In this document: positions 38,270 through 52,689 of the stretch, in pieces
Numbering within the stretch: position 1 is the first letter of the stretch
How the letters are laid out: every line of letters starts with the position of its first letter
DNA from: Octopus sinensis
Taxonomy: Eukaryota
Direction of reading: 5' to 3'
Length of the DNA stretch: 64,000 nt
Assembly: GCF_006345805.1 (NCBI RefSeq)
Contig: NC_043002.1
Location: forward strand, 62,186,001-62,250,000
Translations under genes and position numbers: made by a program
Notes under the pieces: generated by a model
What the model saw: the letters and a program-made list of their open reading frames with translations, nothing else
Database searches by the model: none
Told to the model about the DNA's origin: nothing

Positions 38270-38430
38270 CGAGATGGCGTGGTAAGCACTTTGCTCACAT
38301 CCAAAAGGTTTGGAGTTCCCTCCCAATTGGTGATACTTTGGAGAAGCATTTTCTACAATATCCTGGGGCCCCACCGAAATATTGTGAGTGAATTTAGTTG
38401 ATGGAAGCTGTAGAAAGCCCGTCGTATATA
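38270..38430 (+). mobile_element. SINE B 5' half
   Basis: gatggcgtggtaagcactttgctcacatccaaaaggtttggagttc...gtgagtgaatttagttgatggaagctgtagaaagcccgtcgtatat. Confidence 0.75.
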
Positions 38431-38437
38431 TATATAT

Positions 38438-38480
<43 letters not shown>

Positions 38481-39602
38481 CGTCGATAAAATACAAAGCA
38501 GTACGAAATGGAAGATGAGGGATTAACGTAGTCATTCAATTTTAGACGATAAATAATGGAAATTATTACATATGTGCACGTGTGCGCGTGTGTGTGTGTG
38601 TCCATGTGTGCGTATGTGTGTGTCTGTTTGTGTGTGTGTGCTTGCGTGTGCTTGTGAGTGCGCGTTGGTATATATACACCCACATTCAGAAACATATGTG
38701 TGTGTATATTTGTATATAAAAGTCCCTATATACAAACATACATACATGCATACATATATCTACTACATATGTGGGAAATTTTGTCAGTGGGTGTGTTTGT
38801 GGAGTTGTTAGCTAACTCTTCCTACATCGTGTTATCGATTTTGATGATACTTGACACATGAGTAGAATTAATTCCTGGAAACATTGTTGCATACTCAGAT
38901 TGTTGAAAAATCGATTATAGGGCCTCTGGAAGGGATCCTTATATATATCTAATATATTTCATGTTAACAGCCAAGGGAAATAACACAATCGATTTCCTAA
39001 ATAACTTGGTATAAATCAAATTGAGTATGCATATTTCTTAGTATTTGAACTGTTAGAGTTATTTTCGCACTTTATCCAGTACAACTCTTAAACAAGTAAA
39101 CAGGATTTTCCTAAACAATAGACCTACTTATTTCGAATATACCAACACTAGCACCGCTGAGGTTAATATTCTCTGGGAACGCAAATTTTCTTTATGAGAT
39201 AATAGTTCAAAATCAATAGCTCTTTTCAGATTTATTGACTTTGAATTATTATCTCATATCTGATTAACCAGTTATTATGTAATATGCTTCACAATTTTAG
39301 TATACATACCTCATTAGTATTTCCTTCTATGTTCTATATGCTGTGGAAACGCATTAAAGCCCATTTCGGGCTACTTTATTTGAATTTTTACTATCGGGTA
39401 TCTAATTTTATGTTATTAAATAACTGACTTCACAATCTGGGTATTTGTAACTTATTGAGAATTCCTAAAACAAGATCCTGATCCTATGTAAGACGGTTCG
39501 CTATTCTCTGTAAATGCACTTGCTTTGTATTGTTGTCAGTGGATTAGCGAAACAGTTATGAGAAAGAAACCAAGGGATAATTACCGGGTACATCACCTAG
39601 TA

Positions 39603-39913
<311 letters not shown>

Positions 39914-42131
39914 CGCACTTATATGCACACACTCAAGGAAAACACACTCACACACATGAATACATACACTCATATATATAACTTTCTTGTGATTCTAAAT
40001 GAATATTGATGTTTTCTTATGTTGGCCGCGTGTATGTTTGCTTGTTCATATGTGTATGTTTATACTAGTTTATATGTATACCAGTGTGTGTATGCACAGC
40101 AATGTCTATTTGGTTGCCCGTATATATTGATGATGTTGCGTGTCTTTGAAGATTATTCAAAAATTATTTTCTTAGATTTCTCTAGGAACTCTTCTCCTTT
40201 TAATATTATCTCGCATTTCCTTTCTGTCTGCTCCTCTAGTTAACTGTCCTCAAAATACCTGAAAACCGTCATCTAAGAATGTGTTTCTTCAGGTAAGTTT
40301 CATATTTCCTTTACATTCTCCTAATAAAATACATTCCATCGTCAAATGTATGGTTTCTCCATACATTTTAGACTCATCACATTTAATGTTAAATTTCATA
40401 TAACCTAGTTCGGTATATCTCTACCTTTTACTTTGATTCTTTGTTTCATTTCCTCAACTCTCATTTATATCAAATTTATTCCTCTGATCTATATTATTCC
40501 GTATAAAAATTTTACACAACATTCAGCCATTGCCTCCTTTGGTGTTGCTCCTTCGACATTTCAGAAAATCTACCAATATCTGTGATCCAAGGAAAACCTT
40601 AAATGGTACGTTCGAGCATAAAAAAATTTCTGAAACTCACCCACTTTTAATATCTAACTAAGGCACATACTAATATTAGGGGTAAGACGACCAATAGAAT
40701 TTTTTGACATGAACGTGTCTTTCAACCGGTCGTGTCCCTGAAGTCAACTCTTTTCTTCTAAGTGTGCGTTCTTTATTGAGTATTTTTTCTAGCGCAGAGT
40801 TTTTTTTTTCCTGCTGACTGTCCGAATCTAACTCTCATCCAAGTGAAATAAATTACGAATTTTTCCTTCATCGCTGGAATCTCGTGGGTGATATTATATA
40901 AGTCTTCTAATCAAGGTCCAAATTACAATTAGAGTCACTACATAGAACATCCGAGATTTTCCAGCAGTAGTTTGGCTTTTATCATAGTAATAGAAAATTA
41001 ATGAAATTTGTAGGTGAATTGCAGCGTTTAGGTTATTGATATTCAGCAGTTCATGATATTAAGAGCTGAAATTAGTCCGTATCTGCTTTGTAGTATATAT
41101 ATATATATATGAGCTCATTATAGGGAAAAAACCGCATGTTGTTACACATTTATGCACAGTTGCGAAAGACCGCTGGTCCCGCCTTATGGCCAGTGTGCAC
41201 TGCTCCGTTGACGCGGGGTCTCAAAGGTCTAGGGGTCCAAATTTCTATAAATTCCCTGATTTTCCAGAGAGCCTATAATGTAGTAAAACTTAGAACATAA
41301 AAATGAAATAAAGTGTTTTCACCGAATTTCCCCGTTTTCTTATCTCACGTGTATGTCAAATATGTAGTGCAATTCATAAACAGATTATAATAATAAATTA
41401 TACACATATATATCTGTTTATTTACTTACTTATGTACATATGTACGTATGTATATATGTTAATAATAAAATTAATTAATTACTTGAGACACCTTATGCTT
41501 ATGCGAGCTTTGTAATTAATAATTGCGAAGATTCAACATCGTTTGAAACCGACACGTTATCAAACCAAAAAACAAACTTCCTAATACATGATATCACTTT
41601 ACACATATGAGTGTGAAAAATATTGATTGAAATAAATACTAACGTGTCAGAGATTACTGAATATGAAAATAAGAAAAAAAATGGCAAACATGAACATAGA
41701 CAAAATGCAGAGTAGAATTTCTATCCAGGGTAGCTTGTGTAGAATACATATTACATTGGGGTAGAAGAAACCAGAAATACACAGGAATGATCGGTTAATA
41801 TCTTTTTCTACCTGTAGCTAAATAAATAATTAGATGAAAGTTGATAAATAGCTATTTGTAGGAATTATAATCTAGAGTATATTAGATACTTTACTTCTTT
41901 CTTTAGATGATTGTTCTAATTGCGATAGGAAGTTCTAGATTTATAAGATATATCAATGCTAACATGAGATCTTAGTTGAAAATAGGAAATAGTTTTAAGA
42001 AAATCAAGTTATTCACGAATACTTCTGGCACAAAAATATTTTATGAACTTAATAATATTATTATAATATTAGCATCGATGCTTACTGTTCCCACAGGAAT
42101 AGACGCGCATCTATACATACCTCTCTCTCGC

Positions 42132-42171
<40 letters not shown>

Positions 42172-42174
<3 letters not shown>

Positions 42175-42783
42175 CTTGAGAACATTCCTTTCGTAGTGGT
42201 AAGATCATAGCGGATCTACTTCTAGCATAAGGGTTGTCCACATAGTGGTCATCCCACTTATATGTATGTAATATAATTTTCTGAACCTTCAGATTTTAAT
42301 ACGCTAGACCACTGGTTTTAAATTGATATTAATCCAATAAATATTCAAGTTTTCACCCTTATTTTAAATTTAAATTTAAATAACTGTTCTCTAATCGGCA
42401 AAACTCACCGCAGAGAATTATTTTCTGTAAAATTATTTCCGGTATTTTAGCGCGCCAAAACGAAGTCTTTTGAAAGATAACACCAAGTGTAATTGGTAGA
42501 ACTGTATACTTGTTCAATCTCCAGCGGACGTCTCGCGCATAGTTCTTCAAATTATATTTGCAATGCGATCATACTGAAGATCTACGGGCAAATTGCGTAA
42601 GTAAATTGCGTAACTGTTGATAGCAAAACTTGTACGTGATTAATATATATTTTTGTTTCTTTTCATTTCTCGTGCTCGCTTGCGTTCTGGCGTTTGCAAA
42701 ATTTTCTTGAGAACATTCATTTCTTAGTGGTAAGACCATAGTGGATCGACTTCTAGCATAAGGGTTGTCCATGTAGCAGTCAT
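42172..42783. repeat. 81-bp direct repeats (42172-42252 and 42703-42783, 9 mismatches) around a 450-bp core, near (TA)n on both sides
   Basis: tttcttgagaacattc.tttc.tagtggtaaga.catag.ggatc.acttctagcataagggttgtcca occurs twice. Confidence 0.85.
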
Positions 42784-42836
42784 GTCTCTTGTTGTATATA
42801 TTTGTTTCTTCATTTTCTTATTTGTATTTTATATAT

Positions 42837-42908
<72 letters not shown>

Positions 42909-43111
42909 CATATACACACGCTCATATATAAACTATGTTCTCTGCTTTGTATTGAACGCAGTTGTTAAAATCACTGCCTAAACTGTTTATATATTGCGAG
43001 TTTTTTCACTTTAAATTGTAATCTTACACAAAATTACACACAGACACATACATACACATATGTACATGTAACACACACATACACATATGTGTATATAACA
43101 CAGACACACAC

Positions 43112-45330
43112 ACGCGCACACATCTCTACAGCTATGTATTCTCGTTATAGATTGTCTACATCATTTATTTGAGAACTGGTAGCTATGATTTTACACTTTA
43201 TGTCTTAAAGTAAACGAAATCGCAGAATTAATCTTGCTATAACATCATTTTACAACAGTACGTCTAAGAGAGAATAGATGGAGCAAACAATAGTATGTTA
43301 TCTTTTATCTTTAGTTTCAGGTCAGAGAAAAGGTGACGGAGGCTAGACTTGAACCAGAGGTACCTATGATGCAACACTATGGGGAGGTTATATTTATCTA
43401 TACGCGAGTAATACTTTTTTCTATACTGCCTCTTTAAAATTTTCATCTGATCACGTGTTCTATATATTGCTTCGAGCTTGTTAATACATCCTGATATATT
43501 CAGATGATAACACCGTTATTCATTACTTTAACACTCTGTCTCCACAATTTTTTCTCTTCCTTGACTAACGCTTTTCTCCTTTCCTTTTAATTGCTTCACG
43601 AACAATATGTTCCTTATAATTGCTTCACGAACAACAGTTCTATGTTTCCATAATTAGTATGCATGCTATAAAAATTTCATTTCACTTGCATCGAATATAA
43701 AACTGTATCAGGATGTCACTTCTTATATGAAGCGGGATGATTTTCACAATTGGCAAACTTCAAGCGATATGTGGGACTCACTTAAATTTTATTACTCATT
43801 ACCTCATTCGTCCAATGATTATACTTTAATGCTAATGCCACTCGATGTTATTTACATAGGACAGAGCGTAATTTTGGTTTATTATATACTGTTACACGAA
43901 CTTAAAAACTTCAGGTGATAAGTAGATATTAAGTACGGTGGAACTGGTGTATGGGTTAACCAGATCACAACATTCCCACTGAACGGGTGCTAGGCCGTCG
44001 AAAGTTTGGTCGTTTTACAGCTTAGTGGCTTATCGCAACGTAAAAAGATGTGTCTTGCTCATGATCAGAATGCACTGCCGGTCTGGGAGCCGGAAACACG
44101 ATATTGCGACGGTGAAATCAACATCCCAAACCAGTGTTTCACACCCTTTTACTTAAATGTTTTACAACGGATCCCTTTTAATATGTTTATTCTTCTGTGT
44201 GTATACGTATATATATAAAGATAGATAGATAGATAGATGAAATTTTGAATTTAGTTCACTGACCCCCAATATTGACTTTGCAGATCGCCAGGGGTCCGTG
44301 GGCTCCAGTTTGGCAATCACTGTTCTAAACCATAGTCACAGGCAGTCAGCTGAAGAGAGGGAGACACACATACACACTTAGAAGCAAAAAGCAAATCTTG
44401 TTTAAAAAGATGTGGGTGGGCTCGTGTTCTATGGACAGTGTTCAACGTTTTTCCGTGCCAAGGTTTTTTAAAACCAAATACGGTACACGTTATTATTTAT
44501 AACTTTATCTACTTCGAGTTCCACCGTAAAAAATAATCTATTTAAAATATCTAAAATACTATCAATTATCAGATCGTATTTTCAGCAATTTTGAGTTTAT
44601 TTTCATCGGCTCACTATTATTATAAACTATTTATTCTCAATAATATGTCCGTTTTTTTTTTTGTTTTTTGTTTTGTTTTTTTCTTTATTAGATTTTGATA
44701 ACGATAAAATTATCATTATCTTATCGATTGTGCAATTCAGTTAAAGCATTTCTCAATTCAACAATTTAGTTATTTTATCTTTTTAAGTATCTTAATTGAT
44801 TTAGACTTACTTAGTTAATGGAAATTATTTTTTTCATAGAGGTTAATCTTATTTTCCATTGCTCCTCGGCTTTTATATCCTCTTGTTACATTCACATATG
44901 AGAAGTACTTGTGGAAGTGACATGGTCAAATTCAAAACTGTACAATGCTAAGCCTTAAAGTATATAATTCCTTATAAAAATTCTGTTACTTTTGAACTGA
45001 TTCTATAGATGGTGTAAAAGTTCACATATGTACATTCTTCATTGTACAAAGGTAAGAAGACAACATCTCTGCAGCTATGATCCTCGTTATAGATTGTCTA
45101 CTCCATCTTACTTGAGAACTAGTACTTATGATTTTTCACTTTATGTCATAAAGTAAACGAAATCGTAGAATTAATCTTGCTATAATATTATTTTACGTCT
45201 ATGAGAGAATAGCCTTAGTAAACACTGGTATGTTATCTTTCATCTTTATTTTCAGGCCAGAGAAAAGTTGATGGAGGCTAGACTTGAACCAGAGGTACCT
45301 ATGATACAATACTATGGGCAGGTTATATTA
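43112..45330 (+). repeat. Local ~280-bp duplication (43112-43395 and 45063-45330), each copy containing an acceptor-like tttcAG and a 66-bp exon-like segment
   Basis: Colinear copies. 43321-43386 reads VREKVTEARLEPEVPMMQHYGE; 45256-45321 reads AREKLMEARLEPEVPMIQYYGQ. Both are followed by GTtata. Confidence 0.85.
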
Positions 45331-46375
45331 CTTGTCCACTGAAGCAAAATATCGATAACAGGAAGAGGTACGAGCTTCGCTTCATATCCATGATATTCTG
45401 GATTATGTTCTACATTCAAGAGGAGTTTTCTGTTTACCCTCGAGTTGGTAGAAAAACCAATATGGAAATTCATTTTGTTGTATATGTCTAGATCTATGTG
45501 TGCGAATGATTGCATGCTTACAGTGTTTGAAGCCAGTGATAATGCTGATGTACTTAATCTAGCAGTTCAAGTACTGCCCATTGATAAAATAATTTCCAGA
45601 CATAAAATTATTTAGTCAGGTCCATATGCTTGACTCAAACAATGGGTATGATCTCTCGGGCAGGCTATAATCATGTAATCGGTATTTACCATATTCAACA
45701 TCAGCGTTACAGAATCCGCCTCCTTCACCGCTATTACGATCACTATGAATAGTTTGTTCCTTTGTCCGTTGTAGTTATTTCGGTTGACGTTACACAGAAG
45801 GTAGGACAGGAAGTTTGCCTTTCATCTTATATTTTCCATTCACTTATTTCAATCATAGGATGGCGGCCATGCTGGGGTATTGCCATGCAGGGTTTAGTCG
45901 AAGAAACCGACTCCTTTACTTGTTATTTTTTAAATTTCGGTACTTATTTTAAAGCAAAATATCCTAAGTTACGTTGTCGTAAACAAACCAATAACCGTGT
46001 CACGATTTCGTATTTTAGTGTAGACCAACTTAATTCTCATCAGCGGCTCTAAACGCCTGGGGTTACACACGACTTACTTTGTTCATCTCATAAGAAAAAC
46101 CGTTGAAAACATGTTCTGATATTCAAAACGGAAAAGGTGTAAACAAGAAATTAAAAGGGTGTTTCATTAGCAATTAAAACCTAAAGGCATAATTGATAGT
46201 AGTCACAAAAGTGACTATATTTGTTTGGTGGCATTGGAGTTAACTTAGCTATTGTAGTATAAGCGGTGCTAAACTGCATCACGTTTCTGATATCAATTAA
46301 TATATACATATATATGTGTGTGTGTGTATACATACATACATACATACATACATACATACATACATTCATATATTT

Positions 46376-46422
<47 letters not shown>

Positions 46423-46570
46423 GTTGTGTCTGGGGAGAGTCATTTTCTTTTTGTGCCGTATAATTTAACTCAGTCACCGGTAAAATTTCCACTTATTTTT
46501 TATTTCTATTTTCCAAACATTTTCGTTGCGTCTTGCAACATTTTCAATAGTCAGACACAAACATATATGC

Positions 46571-46608
<38 letters not shown>

Positions 46609-46694
46609 AGCTATACATATATGTTTGTGTATACGTACATATATACGTATATCCGTACATGTGCACATATACATGTATATCTATATGTATACGT

Positions 46695-46728
<34 letters not shown>

Positions 46729-46744
46729 ATGCGCGCGCGTACAT

Positions 46745-46912
46745 TTGCCCTCCACCACAGCTTGGTAAGCAGTGTTTATGTTCCTGTAACCTAGCGGTTC
46801 GGCAAAAGAGACATACAATAAGTAGCAGGTTTTATAAAACAAAACGAACATTTCTCGATTCATTCGACTAAGAAACATTCTTCAAGGCAGTGTTCCTACA
46901 TGGCCGCAGTAA
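46745..46912 (+). mobile_element. SINE B 3' half
   Basis: ctccaccacagcttggtaagcagtgtttatgttcctgtaacctagcggttcggcaaaagagac...aaggcagtgttcctacatggccgcagt. Confidence 0.75.
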
Positions 46913-47809
46913 AACGTGTAGATGATGAAAGACGGAAGGTAACACGAATTGAACGCACAAACCTTTCAGTGACAAAACTTCACCGAGCAAATAAAAAAAT
47001 ACAAAGAAAACGCTATTTATTTAAAATAGTTATTCCTTCTGGCATATTCTTTTCACCTATTTATTAATTTGGGGCTTTTGAAATTAAATGAAAAACACTT
47101 TTCTTTTAATTTAAAGATTAATATAAATTTGCGTTGCTGTATACGCCTTTCAGTTAATCTAATGCAAAATGTATTATTTTTATAATATTGAATATATTTA
47201 GACATCAATATTTAAAAAACAAAATCAACACTAAATTCTTTAGATTAATAACACCGTACACGTCATTATGTATTTACAAATACATTTACTTGCAGTTATA
47301 TAAGCGATTTCAAAATAGCTCAAAATTAACACAGTTATACTACTTTCAATAACTGCGCCTAACACAACAAGCATCTATTTTAAAAATTTAACGTTACTAA
47401 TGTTTCCATCTGTATTTTTTAGTTACAAGAAAATGTATACAATTACATGCACATTAAACAACCTCTACATACATACATACACAAGTTTCACAAAATTTTA
47501 TCTCTCTTATGCTATTTTTTCATTATTATTTTCCTCCTTTCACATTTACAAAACACACTGTAACGCCAACCATTTTTATTTGCTACTTTCTAAACTTTTA
47601 TCGATATCGCTGTCAAGATTTTACAATTAATTTCCTTTTATTTATCTTCTCCTATCAATTATATATGCAAAATTGTTCTAAATTCCAAAAGAGTTTCGCA
47701 GATTATTTTTGGTGACATCTGAAACTTTCACCATTCTTTATATAATATCTATGCAACATGTAATATATGTGTCGTGTATATAATGCATACGTACTAAAGC
47801 GACAACTTG

Positions 47810-48460
47810 AGAGAAATGTTAGCACGTCGGGCGAAATGCTTAGCAGTATTTCGTCAGCCGCTATGTTCTGAGTTCAAATTCCGCCGAGGTCGTCTTTGCC
47901 TTTCATCTTTTCGGGGTCGATTAAATAAATACCAGTTACGCACTGGGGTCGATATAATCGATATTTTGTGGGAGAGGGCCAGTTGATTAGATCGACACTA
48001 GTATACAACTCTTACTTAATTTATCGACCCCAGAAGGAAGAAATGCAAAGTCGACCTCGATGGAATTTGAGCTGAGAACGTAAAGATAGACAAAATACCT
48101 ATTTCTTTAGGGGCTAAACTCAGAGAGGACAAACAAGGACAGACAAACGGATTAAGTCGATTATATCGACCCCAGTGCATAACTGGTACTTATTTAATCG
48201 ATCCTGAAAGAATGAAAGACATAGTCGAATTCTACGGGATTTGAACTCAGAACATAAAGACAAACAAAATACCTATTTCTTTACTACCCACAAGGGGCTA
48301 AACACAGAAGGGACAAACAAGGACAGACAAACGGATTAAGTCGATTATATCGAGCTCAGTGCGTAACTGGTACGTTTTGAACCCAGAACGTAACGGCAGA
48401 CGAAATACGGCTACGCATTTCGCCCGGCGTGCTAACGTTTCTGCCAGCTCGCCGCCTTAT
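47810..48460. mobile_element. SINE C cluster: one + copy (47810-47960) followed by a head-to-tail chain of - copies
   Basis: ggacaaacaaggacagacaaacggattaagtcgattatatcga at ~48126 and ~48311; aaatacctatttcttta twice. Only the last copy has the head gccagctcgccgcc (48444-48457). Confidence 0.85.
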
Positions 48461-49619
48461 ATACATACATATATACATACATTCAAACACGCATATACTC
48501 CGAAGCATACACGGAGGTTATGCAGACACCATAAGAATCGTATCATCGGGATAAGGTTACACTGAATGAAATGGTCATCAGTTTAGCTTACTTAATTTTA
48601 ATTAGCTGTCCACTGCTATGACACTTCTCGCTCGGTAAGATATATAATACTATCATGCTGAAAATTACAGATCGATCACCTAGCAGAATATCTCTATAAA
48701 GTTCACATTTGAATCCTGAAACTTTTCGTAAGATATCTCTGCCTCTCACGATAATGAAATACGTGAGAATGAAGGATAAAGGAGGATAGATGGAGGCGTT
48801 TAGAAATGTCACAATTAATCAAGAAAACAATTCCGAAAAATATGTACTGAACAGCAGAAAATGCCTTTGATAATACAGCACAAACGTTGATTATCGAAGC
48901 ATTATAATTGTCCAAAGTAGAAATTGTTAAGTGTTAGTGGAATTTTTCTTGAGCATTGCGTGTTGCTTATGTCTATATTAGTAACAGATGGGTATTGTAC
49001 TATTGTATTAAAACAGCGATATGATTTATCAATCGCAGAATAATAAAAGTTCAACAAATACTTCGTTCACAATTGCGAGCACGGGATTTAAAAAACAGCA
49101 TTACTTTACTTTACGAATACAGAAGAGACAGATAAAAGCTGGTACGAGTATAAGAACAAAGACGAAAGAAACAACTAACAACAGTTCAGTGGGGAGATTG
49201 TACATGGGCAGTTGGAATATAATAAGTGGGTTACTGAACAAATATACCGAACGTAATGACAGACAGTATTTACCATTACGATCTTTCTACAAAAATAGAA
49301 AGATATCGTCATCTGACAAGCGTAGGCCATGTCAAATCGAAACCGAAATATTTTGCTTCCCTGTCTTAACTGCGAGAGAATGTTATCTAAACAGTAAATT
49401 AGCATGATGTATGATATGCTAGTCTGAAAATCCCATCATAGAGTTAGCTAGATATAAAAGGGGGTGCAGGGCCCTGCTGTGTATTAAAGATTTTGCTTTC
49501 TCAACAAAGCAACATCGGTTGTCAAGCAATAGTGAGGGATAAGTACAGATACAAAACACACTCACCCATATACGCACACATATACACACATATATACAAA
49601 CACAGGTGCACACTCACAC

Positions 49620-50260
49620 ACACATGCACACACGCACATACATATATAGTTCTCTATGAGGCATATTGGGCAGGCGTCTTCCACTAAGGCTTCGGGAGGC
49701 GGGGCAGAGTCTCTGGACAAAGCGGAAGAGCTCCACTCTCCCGAAGTCAGGAAGAAAAGAAAAAAAGAAGGAAGAAGAACGTGTCACCTCAGCGGGAAGA
49801 TGATGTGCAGTCTGCATGTCCCGAAGTTGAGCCACCTACGGTGGAAGAAACCACCCCCACCCTTAAAGATGATCAATTAATTATCTTTTTCTATAAGGGC
49901 GGGGAGGTGGAAAAATAGTAGAAGAACATATAAGAGACAGTAGATATGCCTTTCACACGGGATCCCGAATGACCTCCGCAGATAGCTGTGGAGGCCATAA
50001 GGTTTCCTTTGTGGGAAAGGCTTAAAGGATTTGGGGAGGAGTGTCACATATGGCCGGGTGGCCCTTACACGACTTACATGTCCTACATGAGTGAGGCATG
50101 GGAAATGGCGGTATACAGGAACTCAAGCAGCATTGAAGATAATGATGAATATATCGATGGATATATCGAAGAGTAGGAGGTAAAAGACCCTCGTTATAGG
50201 GTTTGAAACATCATCTTATTGTATTATATGTAGTGGTTTATAACCTCAATTGTGTGTTTA
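49620..50260 (+). mobile_element. Probable decayed ORF1 C-terminal region of an L1/Tx1-group LINE
   Basis: GC-richer island with a basic stretch (EVRKKRKKEGRR) and AIRFPLWERLKGFGEECHIWP; resemblance recognised from memory only. Confidence 0.3.
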
Positions 50261-50488
50261 AAAAAAAACATGTTAAGTAAGAGGTTTTAGTGCCTCCTTC
50301 TTGTAAGAGGTTTGAAACCTCATATTGATTTTTTTAAAAGAGAAAATATGTTTTCGAGAAAAATCCAATCGGCGGGGTTTCGTCTTTCATTTATTCATTC
50401 TATTTCATTTTCATTCATTAATGTGTTTGTCCAGCCCGCAAAGCTACACACTCTTTGTACTGTCTATGATGACAAATTTTATGAAATA

Positions 50489-50890
50489 AAGTAGCTTGCT
50501 TACCAACCACATGGTCCCGGGTTCAGTCTCACTGTGTTGCACCTTGAGCAAGTATACTACTATATCCTCGGGCCGACCAAAACCTTGTAAGAGGACTTGG
50601 TAGACAGAAACTGAAAGAAGGCCATCTTCTATATGTATATATGGGGGCATGCGTGTGTGTGTGTGTGTTTGTGTGTGTATACATATATATGTTTGTGTCT
50701 CTGTGTTTTTTGTTCCCCAACATCGTTTGTCGAACGATGCTGGTGGGTTTACGTCCTCGTAACTTAGCGGTTCGGCAAAAGACCGATAAAACAAGTACTA
50801 ATGGGTCCTTGGGTCGATTTGCTCGACAAAAGGCGGTGCTCCTGCATGGCCGCAGTCAAATGACTGTAAAAAAAAAAAGAATAAAAGAAG
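50489..50890 (+). mobile_element. Composite SINE family B
   Basis: Colinear with 985-1345, including the CORE-like segment, internal TG tract and tail aaggcggtgctcctgcatggccgcagtcaaatgactg. Confidence 0.88.
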
Positions 50891-52046
50891 CTATTATGTT
50901 TTAAACTTTTTTCAATCATAAGACTGCGGCGATGCTGGGGCAACGCCTTGAAGAATTTTTAGAGGAAAACATAAGACATAAATGAAGCAATGATATGGAG
51001 TGTAGAAATGCAAAATCATTTATATATATTATTATAATAGAACCAGGAATCGCAAGAAAAGCCCGAGATTAAAATATGACTGAATACATATGATTCCAGG
51101 AAAATATTTCAATAAATCATACATTTACAGTAATACAAGTATTGGACTATTAGCTCCATATTCGTTTATATAAAAACTACCGTGGGCGTTTGTTACAGTT
51201 GATTACGACTTAGGAAACAAAATCTGCTATACGTTCTGAAATTTTGAAGAGTAAATATCGCGAAGAGGAACGACAGTTTTTATTAAGTACATGTATATAT
51301 TTATTTTATTTACAAATATGCCATTGAATCGTTGCATGATTAAATTAAACTCTGAAATTCCAACAAGTGTAGATAAATATTCAAGTAAGCGCGCGTATGT
51401 GTAGTGTACATATACTCTACGGGTATATGTATGTGTGTGTATGTATATGTACACGTGCACAGATAAAAGTACGCAAAAACATATAATAATACAGGTAAAA
51501 ATGCTTACACACGCATATTATTTAATACGCTCGTATAATCCTGTTATATGTACAACAGATAAAGCTAGGAATGTGTTGCTAACAAAGCAAGATTAAATGG
51601 TGTATATTCCAAAAATAACAGTATGTAATATGAACGCCAAACAATAAGTGGATTGCATATTTTGTTAAAAATAACATAATCCACTCTGAATCTATTATCT
51701 CCCCTTATCCCTTACGCTATCTTCTTTGCCATTTAAGCGTATATTTGAGAGACTACGTAAGGTAGAGTGTATGAATGTATGTATGTTTGTGTTTTATGAA
51801 CGTGCGAATAATTAATCACATACGCATACGTATACATATGGACACGCTCACATATGTAAATTTTTAACTATCTATAAACTGGATTTGAACTTTGCTTAAG
51901 GAATCTCTACTGTTTACCTACGGCGTGCAAAGGCGTACCAGTCTTGCATTCATAATGAAATAATGTTTGTAATAGCAGCATCTTTTTGTTGTTTCCTTTG
52001 ATAGGCGGATCGAGACGGGTTTAAAATTTACATAAGACCCTTCATT

Positions 52047-52105
<59 letters not shown>

Positions 52106-52261
52106 CTATATATATGTACATGTATATATATACTCAAACTGGAAAACATGTTTTTCTGGGGCTTCAACAACTATAACATCATCCTTTAGAGGAATGTCAC
52201 ATTCTGTTGGCAAAGAAAACTTTACTATATATATATATGAGTTTGTGTGTATGTGTGTGTG

Positions 52262-52430
52262 TCATTGAGTCTGTCTTTGTCCCTCCACTATCACTTGGCA
52301 ACTAATGTTGCTGTGTTCGTGCCCCCCTAAATTAGCGGTTCAACACAAGTGACTGATAGAATAAGTACTAGGCTAGCAAACAATAAGTCCCGGGGTAGAT
52401 TTCAAATGTCTGAAACGTGTAAAAGAGTAA
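52262..52430 (+). mobile_element. SINE B 3' half fragment
   Basis: tttgtccctccactatcacttggcaact..ttagcggttc..gactgatagaataagtactaggc..aataagtcccggggtagattt. Confidence 0.7.
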
Positions 52431-52515
52431 AGAGTGATATGTATATATACATACATATATACGTACATACATACATACATACATCCATACATGCATACAT
52501 GCATGCATACATACA

Positions 52516-52551
<36 letters not shown>

Positions 52552-52689
52552 TGTACATATATATATATATATGTATATGAATGTATATATATATGAATGT
52601 ATATATATATATATGAATATATATATATATATATATATGAATGTATATATGTAAGCATGTCTCTTCTATTTTTCTAATTATCATTAATC

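Noticed and set aside
40700-40990. Possible Tx1 ORF2 3' end on the minus strand
   Set aside because: Only scattered residues match; no diagnostic motif.
44280-44470. hAT-MITE-like end fragments (ggggtccgtggg..cagtttggcaatcactg; cagtgttcaacgttttt)
   Set aside because: Ends face outward, are unpaired and lack an 8-bp TSD, so no element can be delimited.
44900-45050. EVLVEVTWSNSKLYNAK as a Tudor-domain-like exon
   Set aside because: In-frame stop follows immediately, there is no good acceptor, and the resemblance is likely overfitting.
48800-49330. Very faint RT-like words (NAFD, SWNIISG, YDLS) on the + strand
   Set aside because: Key motifs (QG, YADD) are missing. Could be an ancient LINE but not supportable by eye.
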